Assembly (NCBI GenBank): GCA_963519845.1
Contig: CAUQNX010000019.1
Span: 22,025 to 54,024, forward strand
Reading direction: 5' to 3'
Length of the DNA stretch: 32,000 nt
From: an uncultured Moellerella sp.
GTDB taxonomy: Bacteria > Pseudomonadota > Gammaproteobacteria > Enterobacterales > Enterobacteriaceae
Of the stretch, positions 1-9,911 are shown piece after piece. Position 1 is the first letter of the stretch, and every line of letters starts with the position of its first letter. The translations under genes and the position numbers were made by a program. Below the pieces are notes generated by a model, which had not been told where the DNA came from, ran no database searches, and saw nothing but the letters and a program-made list of their open reading frames with translations.

Positions 1-1297
1 ATTCCGTGCTTGTTAGTTTGCTAGGGAGAGCCATTAATTGACACCCTTCGACAAACTCAAGATTTAATCCTAGCTCTTTTGCTCGAAGATATTTACCAAA
101 TAATAATCCTGCAACCTGCTTATCGGTAAATGTATCACGCAGCGAGTCAATCAATTGCTGCTTAGATTCTGATTCACCTTTTATCATTTGCATTGCTTGG
201 TCATACTCTTTCATTTGGATCAGACCACTGAGTGTCGACATCCAATTTAAATGCTCATGACGCAATGTTCGAAGATTATCGACATATTGTTTAACTTGGG
301 TCAGCTGTGTATTGAGTGATTCAATATCATTCTGGCTACGGAAACTAATCACCGCTCCCATAAGATTTGAATCATCCATAATAGCAATTCTACTGGCTAT
401 AACATTAAGCCCTTCAAAGGTACAAATTTGATCATATTTGGCAGTTTCAAGCTCGTTCATAAAGAAGGTCGCAGGTGTGATAATTTCAGTAATATGGCGA
501 CCGCGTAAATTCTCCGCCTGCTGCGATAAGCAGAGCATTTTACGAGCTTGAAAATTAATAGCGATAATTCTACCATCAGCATCTACTGCAATAATACCTT
601 CAAATACCGCATCGAAAATCGCTTTTTGTAGCATAACCACTTGACTGATTTGTTGTGGCTCCATCCCTAACATTTGTCGACGGATATGACGCGAAAATCC
701 CCAAGCGAGTAAAAGTAATATAGCTAAAATTCCAAAAAATACACTGCCTGTTTGAACTAAAAATTCTGTTCGATAAACATCGATTTTTTTAGTGAGATAA
801 CCAATTGAAATAACACCAATAACTTTATTCTGTTCATCAAATACGGGTGTCTTTGCTCGAATAGCGTCACCAATTGATCCGTCACCTTCGATAAAATAAC
901 TTTCGCCGCGATCTAATGCACCGGGTTTATTCCATTGCATCATATCACCAATTTTAGCGCTATTAGGGTGATAAAGACGGATAGATTTCTCATCACCAAT
1001 GACAATGTAATCGAAAACAGACTCATTGTTGAGTTTATCAGCAATCACTTTTAGTCGTGGAATATCTCTATTTTGCACAGCAACAATAACACTATCCATT
1101 GAGGCGATCAGTTTTGCTTGGCTCATTGCCATAGTACGAACATTATTGACCAATTTTTGTTCAAAGGTATTAGTAAAATATTGGCCAAGTACTGCAACTA
1201 AAACAACTGAAGCGAAGAGTAATAAAAGAAAAACGCGAATAGGGAATGAGATGGCACGAATGTTAGTAGGAAACTTTTTGCCATTATACATTTTCAT
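1..1297 (-). CDS. citA: Sensor histidine kinase CitA/DpiB (N-terminal ~432 codons; C-terminus lies beyond the window start)
   Basis: My translation of the minus strand from the ATG at 1297 gives MKMYNGKKFPTNIRAISFPIRVFLLLLFASVVLVAVLGQYFTNTFEQKLVNNVRTMAMSQAKLIASMDSV. This is colinear with the E. coli DpiB N-terminus (..FPLRIFLLILVF..AQYFTASFE..VRDMAMNQAKIIASNDSV). The same frame is still open at position 2 and reads ..LEFVEGCQLMALPSKLTSTE, compared with DpiB ..IVPGSQLSQLPPGLDSTE. It is divergent from citC, as in E. coli. It is absent from the ORF track because no stop lies in the window. An alternative start is at 1291. Confidence 0.85.
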   Translation of the reverse strand, partial: MKMYNGKKFPTNIRAISFPIRVFLLLLFASVVLVAVLGQYFTNTFEQKLVNNVRTMAMSQAKLIASMDSVIVAVQNRDIPRLKVIADKLNNESVFDYIVIGDEKSIRLYHPNSAKIGDMMQWNKPGALDRGESYFIEGDGSIGDAIRAKTPVFDEQNKVIGVISIGYLTKKIDVYRTEFLVQTGSVFFGILAILLLLAWGFSRHIRRQMLGMEPQQISQVVMLQKAIFDAVFEGIIAVDADGRIIAINFQARKMLCLSQQAENLRGRHITEIITPATFFMNELETAKYDQICTFEGLNVIASRIAIMDDSNLMGAVISFRSQNDIESLNTQLTQVKQYVDNLRTLRHEHLNWMSTLSGLIQMKEYDQAMQMIKGESESKQQLIDSLRDTFTDKQVAGLLFGKYLRAKELGLNLEFVEGCQLMALPSKLTSTE

Positions 1298-1648
1298 CAC
1301 ACTCCTTTTGATTTTTAAAAGGTAAATTTATTGTTACGCGATTTACCCTCAAAAATCAGATGCATTAAGAGGCCCGCAAAAAAATTAAATACATAGTAAT
1401 AATTAAAGAGATAAAAACCAAGGAATAAAATAGATATTATTCAGTTAACGCCATAAAAACCATTAAAAAAATACTAAACAAACTTAGAAACTTGAATTAC
1501 GTCAAACATATTTATTTCTATCACTCTAAGATCAATATAAACAAAGGGTAATTAATTAAGTTTGTCATTTATATTTCTTAATACCTTATAAATGGATTTA
1601 TTTAATTAACTTTAACACTGGCAACATTTATAAAACATCTCATTATGG
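1298..1648. promoter_or_regulatory. Divergent citA / citC intergenic control region
   Basis: A 350 bp, very AT-rich gap between divergently transcribed citA and citC. The equivalent E. coli region carries both promoters and the response-regulator sites. No individual site could be assigned by eye. Confidence 0.4.
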
Positions 1649-2740
1649 ATGCAGGAAAATACTATGTTCGAACAAATTGCCTTCCATCAGGTAAAGCGTC
1701 ATGAGAACAGGAAAATCATTGAAATTACTAAATTTTTACGCCTAAATAATTTGGACATTGACTCAAGTGTCGATGTTTTTATTACAGTAACACGCCATGA
1801 TAAATTAATTGCGTGTGGAGGCTTAGCCGATAATATCATAAAGTGTGTCGCCATCAGTGATGAAGTCAGAGGCGAAGGATTAGCACTTAAACTTGCAACT
1901 GAACTTATCAATCTAGCTTACGAAAATAATACAACGCATCTGTTTATATATACCAAAACAGAAAATGAAAAGTTATTTGAACAATGTGGTTTTCATACCT
2001 TAACATCTGTGCCGGGTATTATGGTACTAATGGAAAATAGCAATTGTTATCTAAAACGTTACCTAAAGAGTTTGAAACTCCAGCGTAAAGAAGGAGATAA
2101 AATAGGTTCAATCGTGATGAATGCGAACCCTTTCACTCTAGGTCATCGTTATTTAATTCAACAAGCGGCAGAAAACTGTGATTGGTTACACCTTTTTGTT
2201 GTAAAAGAAGATACATCACGTTTTCCTTATTCAGATCGTCTGAAATTAATTGAAGCCAGTACTAAAGATATTCCTAACCTTACTATTCATAAAGGTTCTG
2301 AATATATTATTTCTCGTGCAACATTCCCTTGCTACTTTATTAAGGAACAAGGTGTTATTGATCATTGCTATACAGAAATCGATATCAAAATTTTCCGTCA
2401 GTATATAGCTCCTGCATTAGGCATTACGCATCGTTTCGTCGGTACAGAACCATTTTGTAAAGTCACCAATCAATATAATAAAGATATGCGTTATTGGTTA
2501 GAGACCGATGAACTGCTTTATCCTGCCATAGAGCTAGTTGAACTCGAGCGAATGGTCTACAACGGGGTTGCGGTATCCGCGTCACTCGTCCGTAGACTGC
2601 TTGCCAAAAAAGATCTTGCGGCAATCAAACCTATTGTTCCTGAGGCGACTTATCAATATTTAGATCAATTAGTTGCTTCTCGTGGGACACAGGTTCAGAA
2701 CCGCTCCGAAAGTTCTAATTTAGTCACAGGTGAAATATGA
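1649..2740 (+). CDS. citC: [Citrate (pro-3S)-lyase] ligase
   Basis: 363 aa [50 protein letters not shown] and [31 protein letters not shown] are almost colinear with E. coli CitC. The in-frame ATG at 1664 (MFEQIAF) has an AGGAA RBS 7 nt upstream and fits the E. coli N-terminus better, so the true start may be 1664. Confidence 0.93.
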   Translation: MQENTMFEQIAFHQVKRHENRKIIEITKFLRLNNLDIDSSVDVFITVTRHDKLIACGGLADNIIKCVAISDEVRGEGLALKLATELINLAYENNTTHLFIYTKTENEKLFEQCGFHTLTSVPGIMVLMENSNCYLKRYLKSLKLQRKEGDKIGSIVMNANPFTLGHRYLIQQAAENCDWLHLFVVKEDTSRFPYSDRLKLIEASTKDIPNLTIHKGSEYIISRATFPCYFIKEQGVIDHCYTEIDIKIFRQYIAPALGITHRFVGTEPFCKVTNQYNKDMRYWLETDELLYPAIELVELERMVYNGVAVSASLVRRLLAKKDLAAIKPIVPEATYQYLDQLVASRGTQVQNRSESSNLVTGEI

Positions 2741-3036
2741 AAATACTCCATGCAGCCGTTGCCGGCACCCTTGAATCTAGCGATGTCATGGTGCGGATCG
2801 AACCGCTGGACGATCCGCAGGAAATTGATTTGCAGATTACCAGTAGTGTTGAAAAACAATTTGGTGAAGCGATACGTCAAACCGTTATGGCAACCTTAGT
2901 GCAGTACGATGTTCGCGGTGTCCAGCTGACTGTTGATGATAAAGGTGCCTTGGATTGCGTGTTAAAAGCCCGATTAGAAGCCCTTTTGGCGCGAGCATGT
3001 GATATCGATTATCTACCCTGGGAGGATCAACAATGA
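2737..3036 (+). CDS. citD: Citrate lyase acyl carrier protein (gamma subunit)
   Basis: 99 aa. [50 protein letters not shown] matches E. coli CitD, including the prosthetic-group Ser region. ATGA start/stop overlap with citC. Confidence 0.95.
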   Translation: MKILHAAVAGTLESSDVMVRIEPLDDPQEIDLQITSSVEKQFGEAIRQTVMATLVQYDVRGVQLTVDDKGALDCVLKARLEALLARACDIDYLPWEDQQ

Positions 3037-3929
3037 GTCCTGAAAAAAAGAAACGCACACGCCGCAGTATGCTATTCGTGCCTGGCTCAAATGCCGCTAT
3101 GCTGAGCAACTCATTTATCTATCCTGCTGATGCATTGATGTTCGATCTTGAGGATTCAGTCACACTGCGCGAAAAAGATACCGCGCGTCGCATGGTTCAT
3201 CATGCGCTACGTCATCCGCTGTATCAAGATATTGAAACCATTGTGCGAGTTAATGCGCTGGATTCAGCTTACGGAATTCCAGATCTCGAAGCCGTTGTAC
3301 GTGGTGGCGCCGATATCGTTCGTTTGCCAAAAACAGATAATGCGCAAGATGTGATTGATATCGAAAGCGAGATTTTACGTATTGAGCAGAGCTGTGGTCG
3401 CGAGCCGGGAAGTACGGGTCTATTGGCTGCAATTGAATCGCCTATGGGCATCACCCAAGCGGTTAATATCGCTCACTCTTCATCGCGTTTGATTGGTATC
3501 GCTCTTGGTGCCGAGGACTATGTACGTAATTTACGTACCGAACGCTCACCTGAAGGAACCGAACTACTTTATGCACGATGCGCAATTCTGCAAGCTGCCC
3601 GTTCTGCTGGTATCCAAGCTTTTGATACTGTCTATTCCGATGCGAATAATGAAGAGGGATTTCTGCACGAAGCCGCTCATATCAAACAACTTGGTTTTGA
3701 TGGTAAATCACTGATTAATCCAAGACAAATTGAGCTGATCCATAACCTCTATGCGCCAACTCAGAAAGAAGCCGATTATGCTCAACGAGTGGTTGATGCC
3801 GCTGAAGCCTCTGAGCGAGAAGGTAAAGGTGTCGTTTCTCTAAACGGCAAGATGGTTGATAGTCCGGTTATCGAGCGCGCACGCTTAGTATTATCACGTG
3901 CCGCATTATCTGGCATCCGAGAAGAGTAA
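3033..3929 (+). CDS. citE: Citrate lyase beta subunit (citryl-ACP lyase)
   Basis: 298 aa with an HpcH/HpaI-like citrate lyase beta signature (RRSMLFVPG.., ..LPKT.., ..IESP.G.., ..GAEDY..). ATGA overlap with citD and the expected operon position. Confidence 0.93.
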   Translation: MSPEKKKRTRRSMLFVPGSNAAMLSNSFIYPADALMFDLEDSVTLREKDTARRMVHHALRHPLYQDIETIVRVNALDSAYGIPDLEAVVRGGADIVRLPKTDNAQDVIDIESEILRIEQSCGREPGSTGLLAAIESPMGITQAVNIAHSSSRLIGIALGAEDYVRNLRTERSPEGTELLYARCAILQAARSAGIQAFDTVYSDANNEEGFLHEAAHIKQLGFDGKSLINPRQIELIHNLYAPTQKEADYAQRVVDAAEASEREGKGVVSLNGKMVDSPVIERARLVLSRAALSGIREE

Positions 3930-3938
3930 GGTAGAATA

Positions 3939-5456
3939 ATGACTAAACAAACTCAACGTCAGACCCGCGTCTCCGCTTTTGCCCATGATGATTCGCTGCG
4001 CCTGTTTAATGATATTGGTAAAGTACAACAACAAGTTCAGAAACCGAGAAATCGTAAACTCTGTTCTGATTTGCAAAAGGCGATACGCCGTTCAGGTCTA
4101 AAAGATGGGATGACCATCTCTTTCCATCACGCATTTCGCGGTGGTGATCTGATTTTAAATCAAGTATTACAAGTGATCGCCGATATGGGTCTGCGTAATC
4201 TGACCTTAGCATCTAGCTCACTCAGTGCTTGCCACTCGCCCGTTATCGATCATATTCGCCATGGCGTGGTCAGCAAAATTTATACTTCGGGTCTCCGTGG
4301 CCCACTTGCTGAAGAAATTTCTCGCGGCTTATTGGCTGAACCAGTTCAAATTCATTCACATGGTGGTCGTGTTAACCTGATCCACAGTGGCGAATTAGTG
4401 ATTGATGTCGCTTTCTTAGGTGTACCATCTTGTGATGAATTCGGTAATGCGAATGGCTATATTGGCAATGCCTGCTGTGGCTCACTGGGCTACGCCAAAG
4501 TAGATGCTGAATACGCTAAAAATGTCATTATGCTAACGGAAGAGATCCTCGACTATCCCCATAGCCCTTCTAGCCTAAAACAAGATGAGATCGACTATAT
4601 CGTTAAAGTCGATCGCGTCGGTGATGCCAATAAAATTGGTGCAGATGCAACCCGTATGACCTCAAATCCGCGCGAACTGCTTATTGCAAGAACAGCTGCT
4701 GATGTCATTGAGAAATCAGGTTTCTTCAAAGAGGGTTTCTCTCTGCAAACGGGAACTGGCGGTGCTTCACTGGCCGTAACGCGATTCCTTGAGGATAAAA
4801 TGCGCCGTCATAATATTCATGCTGGTTTTGCTTTAGGCGGCATTACTTCAACTATCGTTGATCTGCATGAGAAAGGCTTAATACGTAAATTACTCGATGT
4901 ACAAAGTTTTGACCGTGCTGCTGCTGAATCTTTAGCGCGCAACCCAAATCATATTGAAATCAGTGCAAACCAATATGCCTGCTTTGATTCTAAAGGCACC
5001 TCTGTTGACCGTTTAGATATAGTGGTTCTGAGTGCGCTAGAAATTGACACCCAATTTAATGTCAATGTTCTCACTGGTTCTGACGGCGTGATCCGTGGTG
5101 CCTCTGGGGGTCATAGTGATACTGCCGTTGCTTCTAAATTATCGATCATTGTTGCACCTTTAGTCCGTGGGCGTATTCCAACATTAGTTGATGAAGTTAC
5201 TACTTGTGTAACTCCGGGCTCAAGTATTGATATTTTGGTGACCGATCATGGCATTGCTATCAACCCTGCCCGTCCAGAGCTAAAACAACAACTGGAATCC
5301 ATGGGTGTGAAGATTGTGTCAATCGCTTCACTAAGAGAAAGAGCAGAACTACTAACAGGCACGCCAGATCCTATCGAATTTACTGATCGAGTTGTTGCTG
5401 TCGTTCGTTATAGAGATGGTTCTATTATTGATGTTGTTCATCAAGTGAAGGAGTAA
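3939..5456 (+). CDS. citF: Citrate lyase alpha subunit (citrate CoA-transferase)
   Basis: 505 aa, near-colinear with E. coli CitF (..GMTISFHHAFRGGDL.., ..IYTSGLRGPLAEEISRGLLAEPVQIHSHGGRV.., C-terminus ..VVAVVRYRDGSIIDVVHQVKE). Confidence 0.96.
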   Translation: MTKQTQRQTRVSAFAHDDSLRLFNDIGKVQQQVQKPRNRKLCSDLQKAIRRSGLKDGMTISFHHAFRGGDLILNQVLQVIADMGLRNLTLASSSLSACHSPVIDHIRHGVVSKIYTSGLRGPLAEEISRGLLAEPVQIHSHGGRVNLIHSGELVIDVAFLGVPSCDEFGNANGYIGNACCGSLGYAKVDAEYAKNVIMLTEEILDYPHSPSSLKQDEIDYIVKVDRVGDANKIGADATRMTSNPRELLIARTAADVIEKSGFFKEGFSLQTGTGGASLAVTRFLEDKMRRHNIHAGFALGGITSTIVDLHEKGLIRKLLDVQSFDRAAAESLARNPNHIEISANQYACFDSKGTSVDRLDIVVLSALEIDTQFNVNVLTGSDGVIRGASGGHSDTAVASKLSIIVAPLVRGRIPTLVDEVTTCVTPGSSIDILVTDHGIAINPARPELKQQLESMGVKIVSIASLRERAELLTGTPDPIEFTDRVVAVVRYRDGSIIDVVHQVKE

Positions 5457-5460
5457 CACC

Positions 5461-6006
5461 ATGTTTCACCCATTGCCTGAGATAACCGAATCGTTTGAAA
5501 TTTCCATGCCGGAATTGCTGACAAGCCGTGATGCCCGTCAAGCTCGTCAGCAACATTGGTTAAAACAGCATCAGGCAACTCTGATTTCATTTACTGTCGT
5601 GATCCCTGGCCCAGTTAAAGATAGTCAACTCGCCAGAAAGATCTTCAATCAGGGGTTATATGCACTGCAACAAGCAATTCAATGCAGGCAATGGGTGGTT
5701 TTGGCGCAAGACTCTTTTGCATTTAATACAGGTCCAGAATCTTTAATCGCCATTTCAGCTGAGGCTGAGCAAGTTAAGGCTTTAATGATTGAAATTGAGC
5801 AAGAATTTGCCATTGGACGATTATGGGATTTTGATGTCTTTAACCAGCAAGGCCAGCTGTTGTCCCGCAGTCAGTTAAATTTAGCCGCAAGAACTTGTTT
5901 AGTTTGTGATAATGCGGCAAAAATTTGCGCCAGACAAAGGACTCATTCCTTAGCAGAGATTTTTAACAAAATTGAGGTATTAGCGAATGAGACTATCAAC
6001 GCTTGA
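5461..6006 (+). CDS. citX: Apo-citrate lyase phosphoribosyl-dephospho-CoA transferase (holo-ACP synthase)
   Basis: 181 aa, lying between citF and citG as in E. coli citCDEFXG. The size is right for CitX and it overlaps citG by 20 nt. Confidence 0.85.
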   Translation: MFHPLPEITESFEISMPELLTSRDARQARQQHWLKQHQATLISFTVVIPGPVKDSQLARKIFNQGLYALQQAIQCRQWVVLAQDSFAFNTGPESLIAISAEAEQVKALMIEIEQEFAIGRLWDFDVFNQQGQLLSRSQLNLAARTCLVCDNAAKICARQRTHSLAEIFNKIEVLANETINA

Positions 6007-6871
6007 TTCTACGGCTCTATTAAGCGAACAAGTTGTCGAACATTTTGCTTATCTCGGCTGGCAAGCGATGTTAGCTGAAGTTAACTTAACGCCAAAACCG
6101 GGCCTCGTTGATCAATTTAATACTGGCGCACATAAGGATATGGCATTGTCAGATTTTCATCTGAGTGCCGCGGCGATAGCTAAATATTTCCCTGATTTTA
6201 TCCATGCTGGCGCACTATCCGCTCAGCAGCCAATCAGCACAGTGTTAGCACAAATCAGACCTATAGGTATCGATTGTGAAAAAGCGATGTTTCAAGCTAC
6301 AGTCGGTGTCAATACCCATAAAGGTACTATTTTTTCTTTAGGATTAGTGTTAACTGCAATTGGTCGCCTACTGGCACAGCAACAAGCAATTACAGCTTCT
6401 TCGATTTGTCAGCTGGTCGCTCAAATGTGCCAAGGTATTACGCAAGAATTAAAGAAAACAGTGATCAATCCAACAGCTGGACAGCGTCTTTATCATGCTT
6501 ATGGATTTACTGGCGCTAGAGGTGAAGCCGAAGCGGGTTATCCGTTAGTCACTCAATTATCACTGCCCCACTATTTATCTTGTCTGGCTAATGGGATCAG
6601 CAAGCCCGTTGCTTTACTCGAAACGTTAATTTTATTGATGGCACATAATGATGATACCAATATTGCTAATCGCGGTGGGATCACGGGTCTCTTGTGGACC
6701 AAAAATTATGCACAACAACTATTATCCCAAGGTGGAATAACCACGGCAGCTGATTTTGATAAAGTTCGATTATTTGATCGAGTCTGTATAGCAAAAAATC
6801 TTAGCCCGGGCGGTAGCGCTGATTTATTAATTTTAACTTGGTTTTTAGCTCAATTATCGAGTGCTAAATAA
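5987..6871 (+). CDS. citG: Triphosphoribosyl-dephospho-CoA synthase
   Basis: 294 aa. The ..LTPKPGLVD..GAH.DM.. and ..DTN...RGG.. motifs are typical of CitG/MdcB. It is the last enzyme gene of the operon. Confidence 0.9.
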   Translation: MRLSTLDSTALLSEQVVEHFAYLGWQAMLAEVNLTPKPGLVDQFNTGAHKDMALSDFHLSAAAIAKYFPDFIHAGALSAQQPISTVLAQIRPIGIDCEKAMFQATVGVNTHKGTIFSLGLVLTAIGRLLAQQQAITASSICQLVAQMCQGITQELKKTVINPTAGQRLYHAYGFTGARGEAEAGYPLVTQLSLPHYLSCLANGISKPVALLETLILLMAHNDDTNIANRGGITGLLWTKNYAQQLLSQGGITTAADFDKVRLFDRVCIAKNLSPGGSADLLILTWFLAQLSSAK

Positions 6872-7100
6872 TCCAATGATAAAAAAACAATATTAAATTT
6901 TAGTTAATACGTTGATATAGATAATCACCTATATTTTCTTTTTATAACAAACCTTAAATGGAGTTTTGGCAATTATTATCATCTGTAGATAAATGGTTTT
7001 TATTTGTTCTCACTTTGATTTCCAATGAATTAATAATATTAATGCTTATCAGCTTTAGTATTAAATAAATTTTATATTTATATTAAGGGGATCGTTATCG

Positions 7101-8534
7101 ATGAATGTAAGTAAAATATGGAAGCTACTATTATTAGTTGCTATACCCATAATCATTGCGTTAATACCTACGCCCTCGGGGCTACCGGATATCGCTTGGC
7201 TTTTGTTTGGTCTTTACTTGGCTGCAATTGTTGGCCTAGTATTAAAACCTTATTCTGAGCCGGTGATATTAATTGCAACTATTGCAGCCAGTGCTGTTGT
7301 TATAGGAATTAGTGGTAGTAAAGAGATTAAAGTTTCTGAAGTATTAAACGGCTACTCATCAGGGACAACCTGGTTAGTGTTTGCCGCCTTTACTTTAAGT
7401 GCTGCTTTCGTTATTACCGGATTAGGAAAAAGAATATCTTATCTCTTGATTGGTAAATTGGGAAGCACCACTCTCGGCTTAGGTTATGTTACTGCTATTC
7501 TTGATTTAGTTATTGCACCTGCCACGCCATCAAATACGGCACGTGCTGGCGGTATTGTTTTCCCAATTATTAATAGTGTTTCAGTCGCATTAGGCTCAGA
7601 CCCCGTTAATAGCCCACGCAAAGCGGGCCATTATCTGTTAGTCAATGTCTATATGGTGACAAAAACCACCAGCTATATGTTCTTGACGGCCATGGCCCCT
7701 AATGCCCTCGCATTAGCTATGATGTCAGATATTATGGGCATTCATTTAAGCTGGGCGGGTTGGACATTAGCCGCCTTGGTTCCGGGTTTGATAATGTTGA
7801 TCCTGACACCCTATATTATCTACAAAATGTATCCACCTGAGTTGAAAAAAGTTAATAATAAAGAGATTGCAGCAGCAGGTTTGAAAGCTCTGGGTCCTAT
7901 GTCTATCAGAGAAAAAATGCTGTTAGTTATCTTTATATTAGCGCTCTTAGGCTGGATTTTCGCCGATAGTTATGGTGTTGGCGCCTCCTCTGTTGCTTTA
8001 TGTGTGATGGCATTAGCATTGATTCTAGGTGTTGTTACTTGGGATGATGTTCTCAAAAACAAAGGTGGCTGGAACACACTTATTTGGTACGGTGGTATCA
8101 TAGGTATGTCTGGCGTCCTGACTAAAGCAGGATTCTTTAAATGGTTATCAACGGTGATGGGTGAACATCTCGCCTTCGGTGATCAAACCATGTTGGCATT
8201 CTTTGTCATTATGTTTATCAGTGTGGCTATACGTTACCTCTTCGCTTCCGGCGGTGCTTATGTTGCTGCTATGGTTCCAGTATTCGCTACTGTGGGCATG
8301 GTTGCAGGCGCACCTCCGATGTTATTAGCATTAGGTCTACTCTTCTCTAATGCCTATGGCGGTAGCTTGACTCATTACGGAGGCGCTGCAGCTCCAATCG
8401 TATTCGGTGCTGGCTATAATGATATTCGTTCGTGGTGGATTATCGGTGGGGTTATTGCGTTCCTCAGCTTACTGGTACATATGACAATTGGTCTAGGCTG
8501 GTGGGAACTTCTGATCAGCGCAGGCTTAATCTAA
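7101..8534 (+). CDS. citT: Citrate:succinate antiporter, DASS/2-HCT-type anion transporter
   Basis: 477 aa polytopic membrane protein. It has the ..LDLVIAPATPSNTARAGGIVFPII.. and ..SLTHYGGAAAPIVFGAGY.. hairpin motifs of DASS carriers and sits in the same position as E. coli citT. Confidence 0.85.
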   Translation: MNVSKIWKLLLLVAIPIIIALIPTPSGLPDIAWLLFGLYLAAIVGLVLKPYSEPVILIATIAASAVVIGISGSKEIKVSEVLNGYSSGTTWLVFAAFTLSAAFVITGLGKRISYLLIGKLGSTTLGLGYVTAILDLVIAPATPSNTARAGGIVFPIINSVSVALGSDPVNSPRKAGHYLLVNVYMVTKTTSYMFLTAMAPNALALAMMSDIMGIHLSWAGWTLAALVPGLIMLILTPYIIYKMYPPELKKVNNKEIAAAGLKALGPMSIREKMLLVIFILALLGWIFADSYGVGASSVALCVMALALILGVVTWDDVLKNKGGWNTLIWYGGIIGMSGVLTKAGFFKWLSTVMGEHLAFGDQTMLAFFVIMFISVAIRYLFASGGAYVAAMVPVFATVGMVAGAPPMLLALGLLFSNAYGGSLTHYGGAAAPIVFGAGYNDIRSWWIIGGVIAFLSLLVHMTIGLGWWELLISAGLI

Positions 8535-8572
8535 ACCATTAAGACACGAAATTTAGATAGTCACTCATAGAT

Positions 8573-8614
8573 AAGGATTGAATTCGAGATTAGCTGAATT
8601 CAATCCTTTTTCTT
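8573..8614 (+). terminator. Rho-independent terminator after citT
   Basis: Perfect 13-bp stem AAGGATTGAATTC (8573-8585) / GAATTCAATCCTT (8596-8608) with a 10-nt loop, followed by TTTTC. Confidence 0.7.
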
Positions 8615-8668
8615 TGATAACCCGTTTTCACTTATTAATACACTTATTCTTTTAATACAGATTCAGAT

Positions 8669-9724
8669 TTAGGCTACAAAAACATCGCCGGATAGCAGCT
8701 TTCTTGCCGTTCTGATAATTGAAGCTTGTAATCCTTCAGGCGAATCACCTTGCTGCTTTAATAACACATCAAATGTACCACTCAGGTGTTCAATCACAAT
8801 AGACTCTAAATCACTGCTTGTTTGCGTTATTTGCTGAACGACGCTGCCCGATAAAATTAGGCTCGTTGCAATCGCAATCGCTCCTGTTACTGCCAAAGCA
8901 CCGTGACAACGTTGTGGCATAAAATAACGAACGTTCACTGAACCACCATGGATGGGGGGTGAAACCAAAATAGGTTTAGGGATCACTTTATTAGTAACAT
9001 CACCAAAACCCATTTTTTCACCCGCTAAACAACGAATGCGCTCTAATTTTTGCATAAACTCGAGATCTGATTCCAATTGTTGCGCCGTTTCATAACCTGT
9101 TTTACCCAGTTTTTGCGCATCAATTAATACCACTGGTGTCGCCATATCAAGACAAGTGACCTCTATACCCTCAAAGATATCTATTTTATTTCCGGTCGGT
9201 AATAATTTCCCCGTTTTAGCACCACAAGCATTTAAAAAAGTCAGCGCAATGGGAGCAGCATGACCGGGAACACCTGCGATAGCTGTATTTCCTTCATAAG
9301 TGACTTCACCATTTGGCGTTTGTATTTCCGCATTAATAAAAGTATTAGTATTAATATTTCGGATTTTCACCGTCGTGGTATTTCCTGTGACGTTAATTAA
9401 TCCACGCTCTAAAGCATATGGCCCCACAGCACAGAGCATATTGCCACAATTAGGACTGGTATCTAATATTCTCTCTGTAATTGATGCTTGAGCAAATAGA
9501 TAATCGATATCGGCGTCGGGATGAGTTGATTGACTAATAATAGCAACTTTACTGGTTTGTGGACTACCTCCACCAAGGCCATCTATTTGTAATTCATGAC
9601 CTGAGCCCATAATAGATAATATTAAATCGTCACGTTCCTCAATATCTTTGGGTAAGTCATCAGCTAACAGAAAAACGCCTTTTGATGTGCCACCGCGCAT
9701 CAACATACAAGGTATCTTTTTCAT
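8669..9724 (-). CDS. PrpF-family isomerase (2-methylaconitate/aconitate isomerase or oxalomesaconate tautomerase-like)
   Basis: 351 aa. The N-terminus ..MRGGTSKGVF.. , ..QIDGLGGG.PQTSKVAII.. , ..DYLFAQ.. and ..SPNCGNM.. (catalytic Cys context) parallel Shewanella PrpF. Confidence 0.8.
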   Translation of the reverse strand: MKKIPCMLMRGGTSKGVFLLADDLPKDIEERDDLILSIMGSGHELQIDGLGGGSPQTSKVAIISQSTHPDADIDYLFAQASITERILDTSPNCGNMLCAVGPYALERGLINVTGNTTTVKIRNINTNTFINAEIQTPNGEVTYEGNTAIAGVPGHAAPIALTFLNACGAKTGKLLPTGNKIDIFEGIEVTCLDMATPVVLIDAQKLGKTGYETAQQLESDLEFMQKLERIRCLAGEKMGFGDVTNKVIPKPILVSPPIHGGSVNVRYFMPQRCHGALAVTGAIAIATSLILSGSVVQQITQTSSDLESIVIEHLSGTFDVLLKQQGDSPEGLQASIIRTARKLLSGDVFVA

Positions 9725-9858
9725 CTATAGTCCTATTTGATATAATAGAACCTTATATTTTATTTTATATTTAACTATCGATATTGATGGCTATCAAGAT
9801 TAATAACAATAGGAATTAAAATAATAAAAACCATAATAACCTTTATAGTAAAGATATA

Positions 9859-9893
9859 GAAAAGGCGCCTGAATAGGCGCCTATTTTTATTTT
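9859..9893. terminator. Hairpin terminator between the HD-Pnk and PrpF-like genes
   Basis: Self-complementary AGGCGCCT (9863-9870) / AGGCGCCT (9875-9882) with a GAAT loop. It is T-rich on the plus side (ATTTTTATTTT) and has a short TTTC on the minus side, 30 nt downstream of the HD-Pnk stop. Confidence 0.5.
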
Positions 9894-9911
9894 ACTATTT
9901 TATCTTTATTT

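Noticed and set aside
1026-1325. 99-aa plus-strand ORF
   Set aside because: It is antisense to the N-terminal coding region of citA, which has strong homology support. The ORF is hydrophobic, low-complexity and has no RBS.
6912-6925. TTGAT-ATAG-ATAAT, an FNR-like site upstream of citT
   Set aside because: Only 8/10 positions match TTGAT-N4-ATCAA, in very AT-rich DNA where such matches are expected by chance.
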